From: an uncultured Methanosarcinales archaeon
GTDB lineage: Archaea; Nanobdellota; Nanobdellia; Woesearchaeales; UBA9642
DNA: 56,623 nt
Assembly (NCBI GenBank): GCA_964545585.1
Contig: CAZJFT010000002.1
Coordinates: 1 to 56,623 of the forward strand
Direction of reading: 5' to 3'
Part shown: piece by piece, positions 17,000 through 24,158 of the stretch
Position numbering within the stretch: the stretch's first letter is position 1
Layout of the letters: the number at the start of each line of letters is the position of its first letter
Translations under genes and position numbers: made by a program
Notes under the pieces: generated by a model
What the model saw: the letters and a program-made list of their open reading frames with translations, nothing else
Databases searched by the model: none
What the model was told of the DNA's origin: nothing

Positions 17000-19645
17000 A
17001 TGTTGCATAGTGGATTAACAAGCAAAGAGGCTGAGGAATTGCTTTCTAAATATGGCAGGAATGAGCTTAAGCAGTCAAAGCATAATACCCCTTTGAGGAT
17101 ACTCCTTCGTCAGATAACGACTAATCCAGTGATATATCTGATGCTTGGCGCGTTGATCATCTCGCTTGTTGTGGGCAAAGTCGCCACTGCATATGTTGTC
17201 CTTGGAGTAATACTGATAGTCATTGGCGTAGGTTTCTTCCAGGAATTCAAGGCCGAGCGTTCTATAGAGGCATTGAAGCAGATGATAACATCCATATCCA
17301 CCGTCAGGAGAGACAATAAGGAGAAAGAGATAGATACGCGGGAAATAGTCCCTGGCGACATAATAATATTGCGTACAGGAGACAGGGTTCCTGCAGATTG
17401 CATAATAATCGATGAGAAAGAGCTTACTGTTGACGAATCATTGCTCACTGGAGAATCCAAGGAAGTCAAGAAGACGACGGGAAAGAATGATTCTGATAAG
17501 AAGGATTCTGAAAGCAAAAAAGACTTGAATTTCACACAGGATAACATGGTATATATGGGCACGTTCGTTATCACAGGTAAATGCACTGTAAAGGCAGTCC
17601 ATACAGGGATGAACACCAAGTTCGGAGGGATTGCTCAGAGCATCTCCGCTGTTGAGAAGGAATTGCCATTGCAGAAAAAAGTCAATGTTCTAATCAAGCA
17701 GTTGATATTCCTTGCGATAATAGTCTCCATAATCACAGGCATAATAATGCTTTTTGACAATGCTCCATTGACATACGATGAGATAATAGATATACTCATA
17801 GTCGTCCTTGCATTGTCTATAGCCGCATTCCCTGAAGGTTTCCCTGTCGTCCTGATAACTGCGTTGGCGAATGGCGCTTACAGGATGGCCAAGAAGAATG
17901 CGATAATCAACAGGATGTCTATAATAGAGACTCTCGGCGAGACTACTGTTATATGCTCCGATAAGACTGGCACGATAACTACTGGTCAGATGACTGTGAG
18001 CAACATATTTGCAGATGACAAGATGTTCGATGTCAAGGTTTCGGAGAACGAATTCCATAGCGACATATACCTAAAGGATGAGAAGGTCTTGCTCAAAGAC
18101 AATAATGTCCTCAAAGCATTAGTCAATACTGCTGTATTGTGTAATGATGCACAGATAGAGCGTAAAGACGAGAATATAATGATAGGGTCGCCTACTGAGA
18201 AAGCATTGATATCATTAGGAGCAAAGCTAAGCGTGTATAAAGAAGATTTCGAGTATACGCGTATAGATGAGAAGCCATTCAGCTCAGAGCGCAAGATGAT
18301 GAGCGTCATAGTAAAGGAAGGCAAGAAAACACGAATATATTCTAAAGGTGCACCCGATATCTTGCTCAAAAAATGCAAGTATATACTCAAGTCTGATGGC
18401 GTCAAGACATTGGGTGAGAATGAGCGTAAGAGAATATTGAATAAGGTCGACTCTATGTCTAATCAGAGTCTCAGGAATATCGCATTGGCATACAATGACA
18501 TAAAGGATGCTGCGGATAAGGATGCGGAAGATGGATTGATATTTTTAGGGATTGCGGGAATGAAAGACCCTCCAAGACCAGAAGTCAAGGAAGCTATCGA
18601 GTTATGTAATACTGCAGGAATAACTGTAAAGATGATTACTGGAGACAGCATAGAGACAGCTAAAGCGATAGCTGCAGAGATAGGATTGAAAGGCGAGATA
18701 TTGTCAGGACAGGATCTTGATGCATTGACTGATGATGAATTGTCAAAGGTCGTTGGGAAGACTGCGATATTCGCGAGAGTTAGGCCTGAACATAAGCTCA
18801 GGATTGTGCGTGCATTGAAGAGCAATGGAGAAGTGGTCACGATGACTGGAGATGGAGTCAATGATGCTCCTGCACTCAAGGAAGCGCACATAGGCGTAGC
18901 GATGGGTAAGAATGGCACAGATGTCTCTAGAGAAGCGGCAGACATGACATTGAAGGACGATAAGTTCTCAACAATAGTCGATGCCATCAGCGAAGGCAGG
19001 ACAATATTCATGAATATACAGAAATTCTCCGCTTATCAGATATCTATAAATATAGCACAATTATTCCTTATTGCGATAGCGATAATGCTCGGATTACCGC
19101 TCCCACTTCTTGCCATACAGATACTCTTCATGAACATACTCTCTGATGAGATAACGGCAATAAGCCTCGTTTTCAACCCGAGCGCAAAAGACGTCATGAA
19201 CATCCCGCCTAGGAGAAGATCTAAGATAGTGACCACTCCAGTATTGTCATTCCTGCTCATGTCAGGAGTGCTCATGACTATAGGGGCGACGATAATGTTC
19301 TATTTCACGATCAAGGTATTGGAGTTCGAGATAATCGAGGCAAGGACTACACTGTTCGTATTAATGACATTGTTTGCAGTGTTCAATGCTTTCAATTTCA
19401 GATCTTTCAGGAAGCTAGTCATGATAAGGTCCCCGTTCATAAACAAATACCTGTTCTATGCCGCACTGCTTTCGATATCATTGACTGTCGTTGCTATATA
19501 CACGCCTATCAATTCACTTTTCAGTCTTACACCTATAGGGTTCACCGCATGGGTATTCTCATTATTGATGGCATTGCTGCTCGTTGTCATAGTAGACAAC
19601 ATGAAGATAATAAACAACAAATACAAGTTCTTCAATGATACGTGA
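17000..19645 (+). CDS. P-type ATPase, type II (Ca2+-transporting)
   Basis: PEGFP, CSDKTGTITTG, MITGD, TGDGVNDAPALK. AGGTGA RBS precedes the ATG at 17000. Confidence 0.93.
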   Translation: MLHSGLTSKEAEELLSKYGRNELKQSKHNTPLRILLRQITTNPVIYLMLGALIISLVVGKVATAYVVLGVILIVIGVGFFQEFKAERSIEALKQMITSISTVRRDNKEKEIDTREIVPGDIIILRTGDRVPADCIIIDEKELTVDESLLTGESKEVKKTTGKNDSDKKDSESKKDLNFTQDNMVYMGTFVITGKCTVKAVHTGMNTKFGGIAQSISAVEKELPLQKKVNVLIKQLIFLAIIVSIITGIIMLFDNAPLTYDEIIDILIVVLALSIAAFPEGFPVVLITALANGAYRMAKKNAIINRMSIIETLGETTVICSDKTGTITTGQMTVSNIFADDKMFDVKVSENEFHSDIYLKDEKVLLKDNNVLKALVNTAVLCNDAQIERKDENIMIGSPTEKALISLGAKLSVYKEDFEYTRIDEKPFSSERKMMSVIVKEGKKTRIYSKGAPDILLKKCKYILKSDGVKTLGENERKRILNKVDSMSNQSLRNIALAYNDIKDAADKDAEDGLIFLGIAGMKDPPRPEVKEAIELCNTAGITVKMITGDSIETAKAIAAEIGLKGEILSGQDLDALTDDELSKVVGKTAIFARVRPEHKLRIVRALKSNGEVVTMTGDGVNDAPALKEAHIGVAMGKNGTDVSREAADMTLKDDKFSTIVDAISEGRTIFMNIQKFSAYQISINIAQLFLIAIAIMLGLPLPLLAIQILFMNILSDEITAISLVFNPSAKDVMNIPPRRRSKIVTTPVLSFLLMSGVLMTIGATIMFYFTIKVLEFEIIEARTTLFVLMTLFAVFNAFNFRSFRKLVMIRSPFINKYLFYAALLSISLTVVAIYTPINSLFSLTPIGFTAWVFSLLMALLLVVIVDNMKIINNKYKFFNDT

Positions 19646-19720
19646 GAATGTAAGAATCGAAATATTAAGAATCATACTCTCCACAGATATTTTAGAATTG
19701 GTATATTATCACAATATACT

Positions 19721-20233
19721 TCACTGAATATCAAATTTTTTTGATAGTAAATCCAAAAAAACAGAAGAGGCGTCATAGTTCTTGTGCATATTCTCCGTTG
19801 ATGAGATGAATGACTGCACTTCTCTTGTGTTGTCTCCGCCAACCTCTTGAAGTTTTTCATAGAATGATTCATATTCCGAAAAATCCTTGTGGATAGAAAC
19901 TATTATCATCGTCATGCTGGCAAGGCCCACACCATTAGAGAATCTTATCACATAAGGCAATTTTTTTATCCAATCAAAGACTTTCTTCATTTCTGTTTTC
20001 TTTGAAAAATCATCCCATCTGAAGAAAGTGGTTGCCATGACGTTCAACCCTAAATCGGCAAAATTCAGCAATAAGGTATATCTCTTGATATATCTCTTTT
20101 CAAGCCGCTTCCTAATCTTGAGGACGGTTGGGCGGGATGTGCCTACCTTCCGTGCCATCTCCTGATCACTTATCTTAGAATTCTTGCATAATTCTATCAG
20201 AACCTGTCTTTCGCGCGTGGTTAAGATATCCAT
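19721..20233 (-). CDS. Lrp/AsnC-family transcriptional regulator
   Basis: N-terminal HTH (LIELCKNSKISDQEMARKVGTSRPTVLKIRKRLE) followed by a RAM-like C-terminal domain. Confidence 0.8.
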   Translation of the reverse strand: MDILTTRERQVLIELCKNSKISDQEMARKVGTSRPTVLKIRKRLEKRYIKRYTLLLNFADLGLNVMATTFFRWDDFSKKTEMKKVFDWIKKLPYVIRFSNGVGLASMTMIIVSIHKDFSEYESFYEKLQEVGGDNTREVQSFISSTENMHKNYDASSVFLDLLSKKFDIQ

Positions 20234-20437
20234 AACAAATGTATAGCTGCTTAATTTATAAATTTTTTGACAAAATATAAAAAAATTATAAAATATTTAT
20301 ATTAAATAGAAATATTTTTTTATTAAATTTCAAATTGTTAAATTTATAAATTATATTTTAACATATAGTATCTTTCCGTGATGACGGCAGAGACATAAGT
20401 ATATATAATTCAACCACTAAATATTATTGAGGTGATT

Positions 20438-20518
20438 ATGATGGAAATAATTGAATCGCTTATGAATTGCAGAGACTTCAGATATTTTGATGATGATAAA
20501 ATGGAGGTGGGAGCATGA
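20438..20518 (+). CDS. Micro-ORF 1 (26 aa, MMEIIESLMNCRDFRYFDDDKMEVGA)
   Basis: GAGGTGA RBS. Its stop overlaps the next start (ATGA). Below the ORF-track length cutoff. Confidence 0.35.
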   Translation: MMEIIESLMNCRDFRYFDDDKMEVGA

Positions 20519-20670
20519 AAAGATTTTATTGGGAAAGTGACGAATGGTATGTAGACAAGTATGGACAGTTAAAATTAAGAGAGACGTACGATGACGAAAT
20601 AGAGATGACTGTGTTAAGGCCCATTTACATCGAGGAAGAATTAGGATACGCGTTGGAAGAGGTGAAATGA
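20515..20670 (+). CDS. Micro-ORF 2 (51 aa, acidic, MKRFYWESDEWYVDKYGQ...)
   Basis: GGAGGTGGGAGC immediately upstream. ATGA overlaps at both ends. Confidence 0.45.
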   Translation: MKRFYWESDEWYVDKYGQLKLRETYDDEIEMTVLRPIYIEEELGYALEEVK

Positions 20671-20795
20671 TGAATCCAAAAAAACTAGCATTCATTAGGT
20701 ATCAAGGGGAACAAGAGAAGAAAATCTTGAGGGAACAACAGAGAATAAAAGAGGTAATATCCCTTGAAAACCTGCAGCAACAAGCCATCAGTTGA
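20667..20795 (+). CDS. Micro-ORF 3 (42 aa, basic/helical, MMNPKKLAFIRYQGEQEKK...)
   Basis: GAGGTGAA upstream. ATGA coupling to micro-ORF 2. Confidence 0.45.
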   Translation: MMNPKKLAFIRYQGEQEKKILREQQRIKEVISLENLQQQAIS

Positions 20796-20849
20796 TTTGA
20801 TAAAGGAATATTTTTATATTTTTCTATACTAGGATAAACCGGTGATTGA

Positions 20850-20924
20850 TGCTCCCTCCGGGATTTGAACCCGGGTCACAGCCGTGAGAGGGCTGTATGA
20901 TTGGCCGGACTACACTAAAGGAGC
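20850..20924 (-). tRNA. tRNA-Glu(CTC)
   Basis: Cloverleaf: acceptor GCTCCTT/AGGGAGC, anticodon arm CAGCC-CTCTCAC-GGCTG, T arm CCGGG-TTCAAAT-CCCGG. Confidence 0.88.
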
Positions 20925-20957
20925 GCCTTTAATTCGAATATCAGAACTAAAAGTTTG

Positions 20958-20965
20958 TTTATAAA
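20958..20965 (-). promoter_or_regulatory. TATA box TTTATAAA upstream of tRNA-Glu
   Basis: Exact octamer 34 nt from the mature 5' end. Confidence 0.5.
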
Positions 20966-20967
20966 GA

Positions 20968-21900
20968 TTATTCTTTGTCTGCTGTGAATCGGAATTTTTC
21001 TTTATCATCTTCAATATCATTTTTTTTTGTTTTCTCCGCATAATCGTTCCCATACATCAATCCTAAGACGTACTCTGCCAACCCTTTGGCTTCACTCCTG
21101 TATGGCTCAGGTATTCTGTCTACTATGAATCCTGCGTCTTGGAATCGTCCATGTCCTGCATTATATGATATTATAAGTCTATATTGCTGTGTTTTTCTTG
21201 TTGCTTTCTTATAGTACGGATCATTTGCTTTATGGAATCTATCTAAGAACTGGAGGTGTGAAATCCCGGCGAATGAGTTGTTATGAGGAACATATGCAAG
21301 GGCATCTCTTTTTGAGTAAGGGAGATTAGCAAATTGCGGGAAATAATCATCGAATGTACTCTGCAATGTCTGATATAAGCTCTTTGCGCCTGTCGGACTT
21401 GTTGCCATGTGATCATATGCTGATTCTCCTTTCGGCAAAGATATGGCTAATTCTAATGTTACTGGGCCTGTAGGTTTCAATCCTTGGTACTGTGTGTGCA
21501 TTATTGGGAACATTTTATGGAATCTTTTTTTAAGCGTCTTTGTCGGTGTCAGCTTATTGTAAAGACGTGGCCCTGTCAATTCTATTATCTCATCTATTGT
21601 GTAATCTCTTATATCCATTATAGGTGTGGTTATTTTTGGTCCAGTATACACGTTTTCCAAATTGCCAGAAATAGTATTGCGTTCTATAGGTGAGAATAAT
21701 CCGCTGAAATAATCATCAATAGACTTTGCTGTTTCATCAAAGAATTTTGTAATGTCAAATCCATCTTTTTTTCCTTTTATGTCTTTTGCGTATGAATTAT
21801 TGGGTTTTCCGATGAATGAATTCACTATCATCCAAGTCGTGAATGTACTCAGAACTACATCTTTGACTATACTTTTATTATCTATTTTCTTTTTAGCCAT
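20968..21900 (-). CDS. Lytic transglycosylase (SLT/GH23)-like secreted protein, paralog 1
   Basis: GESAYDHMATSPTGAKSLYQT (the E-S...S..GA..L.Q motif) and SYNAGHG. N-terminal hydrophobic segment followed by NSFIGKPNNSY. Confidence 0.7.
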   Translation of the reverse strand: MAKKKIDNKSIVKDVVLSTFTTWMIVNSFIGKPNNSYAKDIKGKKDGFDITKFFDETAKSIDDYFSGLFSPIERNTISGNLENVYTGPKITTPIMDIRDYTIDEIIELTGPRLYNKLTPTKTLKKRFHKMFPIMHTQYQGLKPTGPVTLELAISLPKGESAYDHMATSPTGAKSLYQTLQSTFDDYFPQFANLPYSKRDALAYVPHNNSFAGISHLQFLDRFHKANDPYYKKATRKTQQYRLIISYNAGHGRFQDAGFIVDRIPEPYRSEAKGLAEYVLGLMYGNDYAEKTKKNDIEDDKEKFRFTADKE

Positions 21901-22041
21901 ATAAACCCCTAAAATTCACTATTACTTAGGAACTACGTTTTTTTTATAAACGTTTCGGATTTATTCTAGCATTAAACTATCACAAAATATTTCTTATCAA
22001 TAAGTAGTAAAATATATAAAATACTCTTTTTTCCTGACAGC

Positions 22042-22539
22042 ATGAAAGAATTATCCGATACGGTAATCAAACAATATGGGAATATAAAGCTATATAGCGA
22101 TAGGATAGAAATCGAAAATAAATCAACAACTATCACAAAAACAGAATCCCAGATAATGTTAACACTCATGAATTCTCCAGAAGAGGCCGTTTCTAGAGAA
22201 GAACTATATAGCAAAGCCTGGCCTGGAATCATAGTCTTGGATAATACCGTAAACGTCCACATATCAAGACTGAAAAAGAAATTAGGCGAATACGGGCATA
22301 TAATAAAATCTGCATCTAAGAGAGGATATCTCTTAACTCTCAATCCTCAAAAAATAATTTTATCTCCGATAGAGCAGAAAATTATTGACTATATGAAAAG
22401 CGTTCCAGAAACACCTACACAGAAAATGATAAAAAAAGAGATGGAGAAGTTCGGATATTCCAGAGATACAACACATGTAATGTTACATCATCTTAAGAAT
22501 AAAATCAATGGGAAAAATATCAATGAACATATTGCATAA
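22042..22539 (+). CDS. Receiver-less OmpR/PhoB-type winged-helix DNA-binding protein with an extra C-terminal HTH-like segment
   Basis: ITKTESQIMLTLMNSPEEAVSREELYSKAW...TVNVHISRLKKKL...KRGYLL matches the trans_reg_C pattern. Confidence 0.7.
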   Translation: MKELSDTVIKQYGNIKLYSDRIEIENKSTTITKTESQIMLTLMNSPEEAVSREELYSKAWPGIIVLDNTVNVHISRLKKKLGEYGHIIKSASKRGYLLTLNPQKIILSPIEQKIIDYMKSVPETPTQKMIKKEMEKFGYSRDTTHVMLHHLKNKINGKNINEHIA

Positions 22540-22544
22540 TAAAA

Positions 22545-23057
22545 TCACAACATCTTCCCAAGAATGAACACGTCCTCATATTTTCCATCATCAAGAAATA
22601 GCCCTTGCTCTCTTCTGCCCTCTATCTTGAACCCTAGCTTCTCAGCAACCCGGAGCGATGCAGCATTGTTCACTGAAGCCTCAGCATCGAGCCTCTTCAG
22701 TTTATTCTTCTTCGCTTCCTTGATCAATGCTTCGACCAGCATCGTAGCTATGCCTTTATTCATATAGCCCTGCCTAACGAACCATCCGCATTCTGCACGA
22801 TGCTGCATCTTCGAGAACTTATGACGCGTATATATGCTTAACCCCACCACCTTTTTTCCATATAACGCAAGCAATGTAGCGCCATTCTTCAAAGAGAGTT
22901 TCTTGTCTATAAGTTCAGGATTCGCTATCAGGAAGAATTTGTTATTGCACGCATAACGATTTACACATTCCTTGCAATTATTATCGCAAGATTCGTTCAT
23001 GCATTCCATTATTGCCTTTCCATCACCAGGAATAGCTTTTCTTATCGAAATATTCAT
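22545..23057 (-). CDS. GNAT-family N-acetyltransferase
   Basis: VRQGYMNKGIATMLVEALIKEAK (the Q/RxxGxG/A motif) and NNAASLRVAEKLGFKIEG. Confidence 0.85.
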   Translation of the reverse strand: MNISIRKAIPGDGKAIMECMNESCDNNCKECVNRYACNNKFFLIANPELIDKKLSLKNGATLLALYGKKVVGLSIYTRHKFSKMQHRAECGWFVRQGYMNKGIATMLVEALIKEAKKNKLKRLDAEASVNNAASLRVAEKLGFKIEGRREQGLFLDDGKYEDVFILGKML

Positions 23058-23093
23058 GTAGAAAATTAATATAGGTGCAGGTAATATTTATAC

Positions 23094-23792
23094 TTAACGA
23101 TTATATTCAGGGATTTCTAAACGCACTATGTTGTTCTGATGCTGGTATGCGTCATATATCCTCATGTCCTCTAAAAGTGTCCTGTTTCTCATTCTACTAA
23201 CATAATCTCTCGTCTCTTTAGGCATCTCATCTATGTTCCATCCTGCTCTCATCAATCTGCCCTGCCCACCATTATATGCTGCATTCATCAGGTCTTGTTT
23301 ATGTTCTATGGGCAATTGGTCGAATCCAGGATAATTCTGCCTCAAGAAAATATCGACCTTATTTATATGATGAAGACTTGCCTTCCCATTCAGCAATGGA
23401 TCATAAGCATTATCGAAATGCGCATTCATGACGTCATTCCATGAGGGCGCCATAATCTGCCATAATCCTCTTGCACCGACTGGACTTGTCGCATTAGGAT
23501 TATCGCCGCTCTCTACATAGCTTCTTGCCATCTGCACAGACATAGGGATGTAATCAGGGACTTTTATATCTGAATATACTTTCTCGATAACATCCATCAA
23601 TTCAGAATAGTCCATGGCTTTAGGCGATTTCTTCTCGATAAATACCGATGCCTTGGGCTTGAATGCGTCTTCGGAGAATATATCTCCATATAAGAATCTT
23701 GAATCATATGATTTGTTCGGACTGCCAGCTAATGAATTCGCCACTAATATGACTAATGCACTGTCCTTCATTAGATTCATCAGCCTTTTCAT
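23094..23792 (-). CDS. Lytic transglycosylase (SLT/GH23)-like secreted protein, paralog 2
   Basis: YVESGDNPNATSPVGARGLWQIM and AAYNGGQGRL. N-terminal hydrophobic segment followed by NSLAGSPNKSY. Confidence 0.8.
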   Translation of the reverse strand: MKRLMNLMKDSALVILVANSLAGSPNKSYDSRFLYGDIFSEDAFKPKASVFIEKKSPKAMDYSELMDVIEKVYSDIKVPDYIPMSVQMARSYVESGDNPNATSPVGARGLWQIMAPSWNDVMNAHFDNAYDPLLNGKASLHHINKVDIFLRQNYPGFDQLPIEHKQDLMNAAYNGGQGRLMRAGWNIDEMPKETRDYVSRMRNRTLLEDMRIYDAYQHQNNIVRLEIPEYNR

Positions 23793-24096
23793 CTCTAATT
23801 AATCCTATATATGACACCATAGTAATTCCACTATATGGATGTCTCTTCATATCATCGTATGAATTCTTTTTCGTGTTGTCTTGTTTGTTTGCTAGTTGCA
23901 ATCCCACCACTATCGCATAGTTTTTCTACTATTGACAGCATATCGCTGTCATGACGCGAAATCGTATGATAATCACCTAGATGCTTATTGGAAAAATAAG
24001 TCATTTATAAAATTTATGAATCCATAAACATATCTGGTATAAAAAGTATATTTTATAAATGATGGACGCAATGAATAATTAAATGCCATCATAATA

Positions 24097-24104
24097 TTTA
24101 TAAA
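24097..24104 (+). promoter_or_regulatory. TATA box TTTATAAA, 55 nt upstream of the FDP-OFOR ATG. An AGAGGTG RBS lies in between.
   Basis: Exact octamer. It is one of three copies within 24004-24104. Confidence 0.5.
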
Positions 24105-24158
24105 GATGTTTTGGGAATATACTTTATTGGTGGGAAGTTCTCAAAAAAAGAGGTGTAG

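Noticed and set aside
17110-19275. Multiple minus-strand ORFs (79-182 aa) inside the P-type ATPase gene
   Set aside because: These are antisense shadows of a gene that has all the P-type ATPase signature motifs.
20417-20695. 92-aa minus-strand ORF in the Lrp/tRNA-Glu spacer
   Set aside because: It has no RBS or promoter. The opposite strand has three SD-preceded, ATGA-coupled micro-ORFs.
20234-24158. Calling the tRNA-Glu-adjacent SLT/OmpR/GNAT islet an integrated mobile element
   Set aside because: I could find no integrase, transposase, terminal repeats or duplicated tRNA 3' segment, and the composition looks native. It is described as an accessory islet only.
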